From a bacterium (GTDB lineage: Bacteria; UBA8248), in contig CBDBZU010000004.1 in assembly GCA_965213625.1 (NCBI GenBank), positions 2,688,001 through 2,752,000 of the forward strand: 64,000 bases of DNA, given 5' to 3'. Positions 18,345 through 27,384 of the stretch are shown one piece after another (position 1 is the stretch's first letter; each line of letters opens with the position of its first letter). The position numbers and the translations under genes are program-made. The notes below the pieces were generated by a model, which saw only the letters and a list, made by a program, of their open reading frames with translations, ran no database searches and was not told where the DNA came from.

Positions 18345-20756
18345 ATGTCCATAAATTCAATCCCTGAAATGCTGGAAATTCCGGTCGAAGGCATGTCGTG
18401 CGCGGCGTGTTCCGCGAGGCTGGAAAAACGACTCGGTGCGCTCGACGGCGTTTTGCGCGCGAATGTGAACCTGGCGCTTGCGCGCGCGCAGGTGGAGTTC
18501 GTCCCCGCCTTGGTGACGCCTGCCGACATCACCAAAAGGGTGGAAAAAACCGGGTTCCGCGTTCCGCATTCTCACGTCGAGTTCACGATAGAAGGAATAG
18601 AGGCGGCGGCGGACGCCGCAGGCTTAAAGGAGCAATTGAGTGGCTTGGAGGGTGTCGTATCCGCCGGGGTGGACCTCTCGACGGGCCATGGTCGTGTCGA
18701 GTTCCAGCCCGCCCTCGTTCGCGCGGATGAGATTGTTGATTATGTGGCCAAGGCGGGGTATTCGACCCTTCCCGTGGTGGTAAAAGAGCAGGATGCGGAC
18801 AAAATAAAGAGGGAGCGCGAGTTCAGAAAAAGTGTGCGTCTGCTTGTGCTCTCAGTAGTTTTGTCCGCACCGCTACTCATACAGATGGCGGGTATGTTTC
18901 CGGGCGCTGGGAGCTGGGAATTGCCCAGGTGGTGGCAGTTTGCGCTCGCCACACCCGTGCAGTTCATCGTGGGCTGGCGGTTTTACCGGGGCGCGTATCA
19001 TTCGCTCATGGGCGGTGGAGCGAACATGGACGTTCTCGTTGCCCTGGGAACGAGTGCGGCCTGGCTGCACAGCAGCGTGGTGACCCTTTGGGGTTTGAGC
19101 GGGCATCACGTGTATTTCGAAGCGTCCGCGATCCTGATTACGCTCATCGTGCTCGGAAAAGTGCTCGAGGAGCGCGCCATGGGCAGAACCTCAGAAGCCA
19201 TAAAGAAACTCATGGGTCTTCAGGCGAAAACGGCGTGCGTGCTCCGTGACGGGGAGGAGCGCGAGGTTCCCGTGGATGAGGTTCGCGTGGACGACGTCGT
19301 GTTTGTGCGGCCCGGCGAAAAATACCCCGTAGACGGGATTATTTTGGAGGGCGCCACTTCCGTCGATGAATCCATGCTGACTGGCGAGAGCGTTCCCGTC
19401 GCAAAAGGGGAGGGGGACGCCGTCACAGGGGCCACGCTTAACATCGACGGGGCGGTGAAGTTCCGTGTCACCAAGGTGGGCAAGGAAACGGTGCTGGCCC
19501 AGATAATCCGCATGGTGGAGCAGGCGCAGGGCTCCAAGGCGCCGATTCAACGCACCGCGGACAGGGTTTCGGGCATTTTCGTACCCATCGTGCTGGGGAT
19601 CGCCCTCGTCACATACATTCTCTGGGACGCTGTGGGGCCCTTTACGCCCGCGCTGATAAACGCCGTCGCCGTTTTGGTCATCGCCTGCCCATGCGCCTTA
19701 GGATTAGCCACGCCAACGGCCATCATGGTGGGTACGGGAAAAGGGGCCGAGGCGGGCATTCTCATCAAGGGTGGCGAGTCCCTGGAAACGGCGCACAAGC
19801 TCGACGCTGTCATATTGGACAAAACGGGCACGCTGACCAGGGGAACGCCCGTTGTGACCGATATTTTGCCGCTAGATGGAATTACCGAAGAGGAATTGCT
19901 CAGGCTCGCGGCGAGTGCGGAACGCGGCTCGGAGCATCCTTTGGGTAAATCGATAGTGGATGAAGCAGGCGCGCGCGGCATGGAACTGCTTGAGATGCGT
20001 GATTTTCGCGCCTTCCCGGGGCATGGGCTGGAAGCGATAGTTGGCGGACGTAATATCTGCCTTGGTAACGAGAAGTTCATGGCCGAGCGTGGCGCGGATG
20101 CGCTTGGGTCTGCAGATGAGATACGAATTCTCGAATCGCAGGGGAAAACCGCAATCCTCGTCGCTGATGAGGGGGGTCTGCTTGGCGTTATAGGCGTCGC
20201 CGATACCCTGAGGGAACACTCGGCCGAAGCGGTTGCCGCTCTCCAGGGCATGGGGGTCGAGGTCTACATGATGACGGGTGACAACGAGCGCACCGCGCAA
20301 GCCATGGCGGAGCAGGCGGGTATTTCTCACGTGATGGCGGAGGTAATGCCGGATGAGAAGGCGGCCATGGTGCAAAGGCTCAAGCGAGAGGATAAAAAGG
20401 TAGGCATGGTGGGCGACGGCATCAACGACGCTCCGGCTTTGGCCGCAGCGGACGTGGGATTCGCCATCGGCACGGGCACGGACATCGCGATGGAGGCATC
20501 GGACATCACGCTGATGCAGGGCGATCTGTTGGGCGTCGTGGCGGGGGTTCATCTCTCGAAGACCGTGATGCGGAAAATCCGCCAGAACCTTTTCTGGGCG
20601 TTTTTCTACAACATTCTCGGCATCCCCCTGGCGGCGCTTGGATTTTTAAGCCCCATCGTCGCGGGGGCGGCCATGGCATTCAGTTCCGTATCCGTCGTGT
20701 CGAACACTTTATTGCTGCGAAACTGGAAGCCCGCTCGTTCGAAGAGTGTGGGCTAG
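18345..20756 (+). CDS. copA: Cu(I)-translocating P1B-type ATPase
   Basis: GMSCAAC HMA domain, [38 protein letters not shown] and MAFSS motifs. Confidence 0.95.
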   Translation: MSINSIPEMLEIPVEGMSCAACSARLEKRLGALDGVLRANVNLALARAQVEFVPALVTPADITKRVEKTGFRVPHSHVEFTIEGIEAAADAAGLKEQLSGLEGVVSAGVDLSTGHGRVEFQPALVRADEIVDYVAKAGYSTLPVVVKEQDADKIKREREFRKSVRLLVLSVVLSAPLLIQMAGMFPGAGSWELPRWWQFALATPVQFIVGWRFYRGAYHSLMGGGANMDVLVALGTSAAWLHSSVVTLWGLSGHHVYFEASAILITLIVLGKVLEERAMGRTSEAIKKLMGLQAKTACVLRDGEEREVPVDEVRVDDVVFVRPGEKYPVDGIILEGATSVDESMLTGESVPVAKGEGDAVTGATLNIDGAVKFRVTKVGKETVLAQIIRMVEQAQGSKAPIQRTADRVSGIFVPIVLGIALVTYILWDAVGPFTPALINAVAVLVIACPCALGLATPTAIMVGTGKGAEAGILIKGGESLETAHKLDAVILDKTGTLTRGTPVVTDILPLDGITEEELLRLAASAERGSEHPLGKSIVDEAGARGMELLEMRDFRAFPGHGLEAIVGGRNICLGNEKFMAERGADALGSADEIRILESQGKTAILVADEGGLLGVIGVADTLREHSAEAVAALQGMGVEVYMMTGDNERTAQAMAEQAGISHVMAEVMPDEKAAMVQRLKREDKKVGMVGDGINDAPALAAADVGFAIGTGTDIAMEASDITLMQGDLLGVVAGVHLSKTVMRKIRQNLFWAFFYNILGIPLAALGFLSPIVAGAAMAFSSVSVVSNTLLLRNWKPARSKSVG

Positions 20757-20813
20757 GTTCCCGAATGTGGGTTTGCGTGTCTGACGGCTCGGGTTTACTT
20801 GGAGAGATTTGAT

Positions 20814-21020
20814 ATGGAAAATGTGGAAATCAACGTGGGTGGAATGAGTTGTGGGATGTGCCAATCTGCAGTTCAGGAGGCGCTGAGCGGAGTGGAGGGC
20901 GTGGCCGAGGCCTCTGTCGATCTGGAAGGAGGCAAAGCGGCGGTGGTTTTCGATGAGGGGACGACGAACATCGACGCCCTGCGCGCCGCCGTTGAAGATG
21001 CAGGATTTGATGTAGGATAA
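20814..21020 (+). CDS. copZ: Copper chaperone (HMA domain)
   Basis: GMSCGMC motif, 68 aa, directly downstream of copA. Confidence 0.9.
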   Translation: MENVEINVGGMSCGMCQSAVQEALSGVEGVAEASVDLEGGKAAVVFDEGTTNIDALRAAVEDAGFDVG

Positions 21021-21129
21021 ATTGCTATATAACAGATAGTTATATCTTACATATTAAGTAAGTTCTCACTTCCTCTTGGCTCGCTCATGCTCCGTCTCAT
21101 CCACTCCCTGGATGAAACTTCTAAGCTTT

Positions 21130-21756
21130 TTATCTCGGTTGTCCGTCCTCGAAACTTCTTTCCAGAAATTCGCCGAGCGTGCACTGCCAAAAGCCGTTCA
21201 AGCGGCCGATGGGCTCGAGTTTCTTCATGTCGATGTATTTGCCCGTCATGACCTCCGGATTGACGTGGAAATAGACGACTTCTCCAATCAGGAGCGGGTG
21301 TTTGTTCGGTCCCAGTTCGAATACATTGTGTGTTTTGCACTCGAAGTGAATGGGCGCGTCCTTGATGCGGGGGGCCTTCACCTTCTTTGCGGGCACCGGT
21401 TCGAGACCGGTGGCGTCGAATTCGCTCTCTTCCGCTGGGATGCCGTTCGCCGTGTCCACCATTTGCTCCCAGTGGCGGTGGGTGACGACGTTGAAGCAGA
21501 ATTCCCCGGTTTCCTCCGCGTTGATGAGGGTGTGTTTTTTGGTCCCGTCGGGGTTTCTCGCCACAGTGAGCGAGATCATCGGCGGCGCCACGCAGACACA
21601 GGTGAAGAAGCTGAAGGGCGCGATGTTGTATATCCCGTCCTTACTGATGGACGACGCCCAGCCGATGGGGCGGGGGACGATGGAGCCCGTGAGCAGGCGG
21701 TAAATCTCACGCCTCTCGATCTCGTTGGGGTCGAATTCCAGGTAATCACTCATCAA
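21130..21756 (-). CDS. Flavin reductase-like (DIM6/NTAB) family protein
   Basis: VPRPIGWASS, NIAPFSFF, TLINAEETGEF, ECK, IGRLNG. Confidence 0.9.
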   Translation of the reverse strand: MMSDYLEFDPNEIERREIYRLLTGSIVPRPIGWASSISKDGIYNIAPFSFFTCVCVAPPMISLTVARNPDGTKKHTLINAEETGEFCFNVVTHRHWEQMVDTANGIPAEESEFDATGLEPVPAKKVKAPRIKDAPIHFECKTHNVFELGPNKHPLLIGEVVYFHVNPEVMTGKYIDMKKLEPIGRLNGFWQCTLGEFLERSFEDGQPR

Positions 21757-21800
21757 AAACCCTCAAGATGGCTGCAAATTTGTAATAATTATCTATCCAT

Positions 21801-22568
21801 CTACGACATGTAGCGTCCCGCGTTTACGGAGATGGTCTGGCCCGTGAGGTAGGCGGATTCAGGAGAGGCCAGCATGAGTACCCAGCCCACCATGTCGTCG
21901 ACTACGGCGATGCGGCCCAAGAGGGTCCCCTTGCCGATCATCTCACGCTGCTCTTTTGAGCGCACCGCGATGACGCGCTCGGTCTCCGTGGTTCCTGGCG
22001 CAATGGCGTTTACGCGCACGTTGTATTGCCCCAATTCGTAGGCGAGCACGCGGGTCAAAGCATGAACACCCGCCTTGGCCGCCGCATAAGGCGGAGAGGA
22101 GGGCTGGAGCGTGGTGATTCCCGACATGGAGCCCAAGTTGATCACGCAGCCGCTGTTTTGTTTTTCGAAAACGGGGGTCAGATGTTTCGAGGTCAGGAAG
22201 ACGCTTTTGAGGTTTCTGTCCACCACGGCGTCCCACTCGTCTTCCGACGTATCGCCCGTGGATAGCTGCTGATGAAACCCACCGGCGGAGTTGACGAAAA
22301 TGTCGATGCTGCCGGCTTCGCTCACGATGCGCTCAATCATCTGTTTGACGGCCACTGAATCCGTGAGGTCGCAGTCGATGAAGGTGGCGTCCCCCCCATT
22401 CTCGCGGATGCCGGCGGCGGCCGCCTCCCCGAGATCGACGTCGATGTCGATTAGATACGCCTTGGCACCCGCTTCGGCGAATTTCTCCGCCGACCCTTTG
22501 CCGATGCCGCGCGATGCACCTGTAACGACGGCGACCTGTCCGGAAAAATCAAAATTCGTCTTGCCCAT
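21801..22568 (-). CDS. Short-chain dehydrogenase/reductase
   Basis: TGASRGIG, NSAG, YAAAK, VNAIAPG. Confidence 0.92.
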   Translation of the reverse strand: MGKTNFDFSGQVAVVTGASRGIGKGSAEKFAEAGAKAYLIDIDVDLGEAAAAGIRENGGDATFIDCDLTDSVAVKQMIERIVSEAGSIDIFVNSAGGFHQQLSTGDTSEDEWDAVVDRNLKSVFLTSKHLTPVFEKQNSGCVINLGSMSGITTLQPSSPPYAAAKAGVHALTRVLAYELGQYNVRVNAIAPGTTETERVIAVRSKEQREMIGKGTLLGRIAVVDDMVGWVLMLASPESAYLTGQTISVNAGRYMS

Positions 22569-22597
22569 GGAACATTCTCCTTAGGGATAATGGGTTT

Positions 22598-23407
22598 TCA
22601 GGTCTGTAGAAATTTCAACACGCGTTCGTTGAATACGTTTGGTTGTTCCCATTGGGCCATGTGTCCGGCGTCGGGAATGACCCCTAGTTCTGCATGGGGG
22701 GCGGCATTTTGGCAAGCGCTCCGGCGTACTTCGGGCGTGGGGTAGGCGATGACGTCGGCGTCTCCCCACAGCATCAGCAACGGCATGGAACACGCCGGAA
22801 GCAAATCGGGTAAATAGGGTTCGCGGTTCATGGCGTAGATGTTCATCCTCGAATTTTTGAGGTTTGTCCAGGCTTGGGAGAGATATGACTCATCCGCGCA
22901 TTCAGGTTTTTTGAACATCAGCGCTTTTTGGTTGTGAACGAACACCGCGTACTTCTCCTCAGGACTCATCTCCCTGGTGGCGCGGCGCTCATCGCCAAGT
23001 TTGACGTCGCCCGTTATCCCCAAGCCCCCTGGTCCCAGCAGAACGAGTTTTTTGAATCTCGAGGCGTTTTCCTGACAATACGTTACACTCATCGTCGCCC
23101 CGAAGGAAAAAGTCACGAACAGGCACTTCTCGATCCCTAGCCCATCGAGCAGACGCCCGATGCCCTCCGTGACGGAGGTTGCCGTGTGTGGTTTGGGCGG
23201 CCGGTAGCTTTCACCGAAAGCGGGGAGATCGATCGCCAATGTCCGGTAGTGCTCGGCGAAGAAAGCCTGGTTCTTGAGCCAGTGGTTCGCCGCCCCGAAG
23301 CCGCCATGTACGAGGAGGAGAGGTTCTTTGTCGGCAGGCCCTGCTTCAGTGTAGGCGAGCGGGCCGTCCGTAGTTTGCAGTGTTTTGGATATGAGCCGGG
23401 CCAACAA
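22598..23407 (-). CDS. Alpha/beta hydrolase (MhpC/BphD-like fold)
   Basis: LVHGG, DLPAFGES, nucleophile elbow TFSFG, WGDAD, GHMAQWEQP. Confidence 0.85.
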   Translation of the reverse strand: MLARLISKTLQTTDGPLAYTEAGPADKEPLLLVHGGFGAANHWLKNQAFFAEHYRTLAIDLPAFGESYRPPKPHTATSVTEGIGRLLDGLGIEKCLFVTFSFGATMSVTYCQENASRFKKLVLLGPGGLGITGDVKLGDERRATREMSPEEKYAVFVHNQKALMFKKPECADESYLSQAWTNLKNSRMNIYAMNREPYLPDLLPACSMPLLMLWGDADVIAYPTPEVRRSACQNAAPHAELGVIPDAGHMAQWEQPNVFNERVLKFLQT

Positions 23408-23575
23408 AAAGCATCCTCTGTAAGTTACGATTTGTTGGAGGCTATCACCTTTTGGGCGAAGCTGTGTAGCTGGTTCTGAGTTTACGTCCGCATGATTTAG
23501 TTTGCTCCGTATCCATGATATGGAAATTTAGTCGTTTACTATTGATACGTCGAATTTTTGGGGAGATGTGGACCG

Positions 23576-24214
23576 ATGAGCGATACCGATAGAGCGCCCG
23601 CCTGGGTGTATACGGTTCCCGTGGAGGAGGCGACGGGAATCGTCAAGCAAACCTATGACGCCAATCTCAAGGCGCTCGGATATATCGCCAATATCTCGCG
23701 CCCCTTTGGAAACCGGCCTGAGATTATGCGCGCGCACCGTCAGCTATACATGACCCTGATGCAGACGGAGGAGAATCTTACGAAAGCCGAGCGCGAGCTC
23801 ATCGCCACGTCGGTATCGAAGGAAAACGATTGTTTCTACTGAACGACCAGTCACGGGGAGTTTCTCCAACTGGCGTTGAACGATGATGATCGTGCAATGG
23901 CGCTTAAGAACGACCCCGAAAGTGCAGACCTCACGGTTCGTGAGCGGACGATGCTCGCCTTTGCTCGCAAGCTCACGAAATCACCTGCCGAAATGCGAAA
24001 ATCTGACGTGGAAAAACTGAGAGAGGCGGGGCTCGATGACGCCGCCATCGTCGAGTTGGCCTCTGTTACGGCATATTTCAATTTCATCAATCGCGTGGCG
24101 CTGGGTCTCGGCGTTCGACTGGATGAGGCGCTCGAGGAGGCGGCGGAGCCTCACGATTTCGCGAAAGAGGAATCGCGGCTCTCAGGCGCTTTGTGTTCTA
24201 GCGAGCGCCTTTGA
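23576..24214 (+). CDS. AhpD/CMD-family peroxidase-related protein, probable selenoprotein (CxxU)
   Basis: ORFs 23558-23842 and 23876-24214 are in the same frame, separated only by TGA 23840-23842 in ERELIATSVSKENDCFY-U-TTSH, where the family has N.CxYCxxxH; the C-terminal half has ERTMLAFARKLT and AYFNFINR. Confidence 0.85.
23843..23876 (+). promoter_or_regulatory. Putative bacterial SECIS element
   Basis: Directly 3' of the UGA: ACG/CGT and CCAGT/ACTGG lower stem, GGGGA/TCTCC upper stem, GTT apical loop with the G 18 nt after the UGA. Confidence 0.65.
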
Positions 24215-24359
24215 TGAGTTCGATGAACGTGTCGATAATGCCGTTGTCATAGAGTGTCCACGCCGTAACAACGACGACGAGCACGAGAACGCTCAGGAGC
24301 AGATATTCGAGCAGGCCGTGTTTGGCTGTGGCGGGTTTTCGGGTGGGTCTTTTCGCCAT
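24198..24359 (-). CDS. Small single-TM protein, Flp-pilin-like
   Basis: Basic leader MAKRPTRKPATAKH followed by GLLEY and a ~20 aa hydrophobic helix. Confidence 0.5.
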   Translation of the reverse strand: MAKRPTRKPATAKHGLLEYLLLSVLVLVVVVTAWTLYDNGIIDTFIELIKGAR

Positions 24360-24546
24360 GAGTTGATTTCTCGGCGTCTGCATGGAATACGGGACGAGTT
24401 TGTAGCTGAATTATAGACGCTATTCCCTGCCGGCGAAAGCCGAAATGAACGCGAGGAAAGTCTGATAGACATGGGGTGGGACATCCGTTTATGGTATACC
24501 CATCACGAGCCGTCTCATATTCGCATCGCGGGGTTTTATATCTCAT

Positions 24547-25125
24547 ATGGAATCTGCCAAACATAATTTCGGCGAAGTCGGAAAAATCGTGACGGAAGCG
24601 ATTGGGGTTGCAGGAAAGAGGATTTTTCGCATTCTGATCGATTGTCCGACAAAGGCGGCCGCCACGCTCTGGCTGGAGAAAGAACAGGTCTATGGCCTTT
24701 CTATGGCGATGAAAAAGATGGTGGAGGCGAAAGGGCAGGGTGAACGCTCGGACGAGGAGCCGGATTTTCCCGATATCGCCGAGGCCGGTTCCACCCCGGT
24801 GAGTTCTGAGGGGTTGCTCGAGTTCAAGGTGAGCCGCCTGGGGCTGGCGTATGGACCGGGGAAAAGCCGTGTCACGGTGTTTTTCTACGATGAGCGAGAT
24901 GAAACTGCCTCGGAGGGTGAGCCTTCAGAAGAAGAGGATTACGAAGAAGAGGCCGTCGGCCCCGCCGCTCTGCAGGTGAGCCTCGAACACGAACTGTTGG
25001 ATGATTTCATCAACCAAAGCCTGGAAGAATGCTCCTCTGGACGTGGGACGGATGCGCTTTCCCGTCACGCCATGGTGGCCACTGGCAAGGTCGACCCCAA
25101 TACGAACGGGCATTTTCGTCATTAA
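24547..25125 (+). CDS. DUF3090-family protein
   Basis: EAIG..GKRIFRI, LWLEKEQ, EFKV..LGLAY, GR...NGH C-terminus; adjacent to an SCO1664-like gene. Confidence 0.75.
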   Translation: MESAKHNFGEVGKIVTEAIGVAGKRIFRILIDCPTKAAATLWLEKEQVYGLSMAMKKMVEAKGQGERSDEEPDFPDIAEAGSTPVSSEGLLEFKVSRLGLAYGPGKSRVTVFFYDERDETASEGEPSEEEDYEEEAVGPAALQVSLEHELLDDFINQSLEECSSGRGTDALSRHAMVATGKVDPNTNGHFRH

Positions 25126-25160
25126 AAAACCGCCCCAAACTTACGCGACAGGGAAATCCC

Positions 25161-25946
25161 GTGGCCCGGAAATCCTCTCCTCCTGAAGCCCAGGAAACGG
25201 TGGATGCGCCCGAAGCGCAAGCGTACCGTTTCGAACCGGCGGAAATCGAAAATCTTTTACTTAACTCGGAAATCCTGGGCGGCGAGCTGGTGCCGCAAGG
25301 CTCGAACTATACGTTCGCCGTGAAGATGGGTGCGGAGGACTTTCAGTTCTGGGGAATTTACAAGCCCGCGAGCGGGGAGCGGCCCCTTTGGGATTTTCCT
25401 TATGGGACGCTTCATTTCCGGGAAAGGTGCTCTTTCTTGGTGAGCCATCATCTGGGATGGCATCTGGTTCCGCCGACTGTAATCCGCGAAGGCCCGCACG
25501 GCGAGGGTTCCATGCAGTTATGCGTGCCCTATGACGGGAAGTCGAACTATTTCACGCTTCGGGCGGAGGAGCGCCCGGAACTGGTTCTGCTTGCTGCGTT
25601 CGATATTATGGTGAACAACACGGATCGCAAGGGAGGCCATTGCTTCAAATCCGAAGACGGCCGCGTCTGGGGAATCGATCACGGCCTCACGTTTCATGCC
25701 GAGCCCAAACTGCGCACCGTTATTTGGGACTATGCGGGAGTTTCCCTGCCCGAGGCGCAGGTGAACGACGTCAAAAGGCTGGAAGCCAGCCTGCGTGATG
25801 ACGACAGTCCTTTAAGGCTTGAGATGGACGAGCTTTTAGAGCCCGAAGAGGTAGAAATTTTTCTGGATAGGGTGATTCGATTCAGAAAGAACCCTTGCCT
25901 GCCGACGCCGGAAGAATACAGAAGTCGGCACTGGCATGTCGATTAA
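25161..25946 (+). CDS. SCO1664-family PI3/PI4-kinase-like protein
   Basis: GSNYTF, IYKP..GERPLWDFP.GTL..RE, VPPTV.REGP.GEG, FD...NNTDRKGGH, IDHGLTFH..PKLRTVIW. Confidence 0.88.
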   Translation: MARKSSPPEAQETVDAPEAQAYRFEPAEIENLLLNSEILGGELVPQGSNYTFAVKMGAEDFQFWGIYKPASGERPLWDFPYGTLHFRERCSFLVSHHLGWHLVPPTVIREGPHGEGSMQLCVPYDGKSNYFTLRAEERPELVLLAAFDIMVNNTDRKGGHCFKSEDGRVWGIDHGLTFHAEPKLRTVIWDYAGVSLPEAQVNDVKRLEASLRDDDSPLRLEMDELLEPEEVEIFLDRVIRFRKNPCLPTPEEYRSRHWHVD

Positions 25947-25988
25947 TTCAGAAAACGCCCAGTAAAATCGTGAAACACTGAGGGACAG

Positions 25989-27308
25989 GTGATGAGCGGT
26001 AAATTAAGCCTGACGGGGAATTGGCCGTCAATTTATCTTTTCACTCTCATCCTCTGCGCGGGCCTAGTCGGGTGTCAAGAGATTATACGCGTGCGCAGAA
26101 TACCGCCGCGCGATGTAATGAACGAAAAGCGATGGTACGTTCACGACAACCCCGATCATCCTCAATCGAAGGTATATCTGGCGGAACTCGATGAGTTCGA
26201 TTTTGAAAGGGCGACCCGAAAGCATACGGCCCACGCGTATAAGGAGTATCTGGAATATCATTATACTGGTAAATACTTCCGCCGGGCGCGCTATTGGTGG
26301 GAGCGGCTTCATTATCGGGAAGTTCTCGAATCGAAAGAGCCCGGCGCCCTCGAAAAGTACCTGAAGGGTTTTCCCGAAGGCTGGTTCGAAAAGTCAACAG
26401 ACGTAGACATCCAAAAGAGTGAATACGCAGCCCTGAAGGAAAAAGACGATATTGCGTCCTACAGGGCGTTCATTAATAAATATAAAAAGGCGCGGAGCGA
26501 GTGGACCGAAGCGGCGACCCAGCGCCTCGAACGACTCCTGCTTGATGCGGCGAAAGCCTCGGACGATGTTCTCGATCTGGAAAGATACGTCTTCGACAAT
26601 CCTCTGAGCTTATATCTTCCTGAGGCGAAGGACGCTTTGCGCGCGGCGAGATTCGAGGGAGCAATGCGATCCAAGAAAGAGGCGGACTGGAAGGCCTTCA
26701 TCCGTAGATTCAAAGGTTCGGAAGAGGCTGCTCTTATGCAGCAGCACATGGAGGCGCGGGCGCTGGAAGGGGCCGAGCGTTCGGGCCGCGTCGCAGCGCT
26801 CGAACAATTTCTTGAGCGCTATCCCAATTCGGTTCACAAGGAGCAAATCCTCTCCTCCATCAACACGATGGCGCAGGAGAGAAATCGCCAAGTCCACCGG
26901 TGGGTGCGCGTGGAGAACGCCGAAGTCGAGGTGTACAAGAAACCAAAGTGTAAATCCTGCAGGCCCTATCTGCGCGCTCACGGCACGCTGCTCAACACGG
27001 ATCCTGATTTTTCCTTCGACGTGGGGCTACAGGTCGAACTCATCCGGAACGGAGAAAAATGCTGCCGGACAAGGCACTGGCTCAGAGATTTGAGACCCGG
27101 GGAGAGTCGTCCGTTTTCATTCCCCATACGCGGAGAATCACCCAAAAGGGGTAGTCCCGCTCCATTGTATGAACTCGAAGTGATATCCGGCTCCGCGTAT
27201 CGGAACCCGAAGGAGGAGCGAATCATGGAAATCGAAGGTTTGGGTGGGAGAGGCAAGGGACCCCAAAGCGATCGATTCGCGCCTGTCAGAGTTCCTGATT
27301 TGAAATAG
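25989..27308 (+). CDS. Putative lipoprotein with six helical (Y/F)LxxYP-type repeats and a Cys-containing C-terminal beta domain
   Basis: LVGC lipobox-like motif; repeats such as ALEKYLKGFPEG and ALEQFLERYPNS; C-terminal CKSC, CC, LRPGESRPF. Confidence 0.7.
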   Translation: MMSGKLSLTGNWPSIYLFTLILCAGLVGCQEIIRVRRIPPRDVMNEKRWYVHDNPDHPQSKVYLAELDEFDFERATRKHTAHAYKEYLEYHYTGKYFRRARYWWERLHYREVLESKEPGALEKYLKGFPEGWFEKSTDVDIQKSEYAALKEKDDIASYRAFINKYKKARSEWTEAATQRLERLLLDAAKASDDVLDLERYVFDNPLSLYLPEAKDALRAARFEGAMRSKKEADWKAFIRRFKGSEEAALMQQHMEARALEGAERSGRVAALEQFLERYPNSVHKEQILSSINTMAQERNRQVHRWVRVENAEVEVYKKPKCKSCRPYLRAHGTLLNTDPDFSFDVGLQVELIRNGEKCCRTRHWLRDLRPGESRPFSFPIRGESPKRGSPAPLYELEVISGSAYRNPKEERIMEIEGLGGRGKGPQSDRFAPVRVPDLK

Positions 27309-27384
27309 AAATCTTTATATATCTAATTGTTACAAGATTAAATTGAAGTAAAATAGAGGATAATGCCTCTATTCTCAGAGGTTG

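Noticed and set aside
21027-21045. ATATAAC-N5-GTTATAT palindrome after copZ
   Set aside because: AT-rich, between convergent gene ends, too weak for a terminator and with no second clear copy to support a binding site.
23558-24214. Interpretation as two genes or a nonsense pseudogene
   Set aside because: The stop is TGA exactly at the catalytic Cys position and is followed by a SECIS-like hairpin, so Sec recoding is more parsimonious.
24431-24442. CGGC-GAAA-GCCG GNRA hairpin as part of a c-di-GMP riboswitch upstream of the pilin-like gene
   Set aside because: It lies on the opposite strand to that gene and the flanking conserved riboswitch elements are absent.
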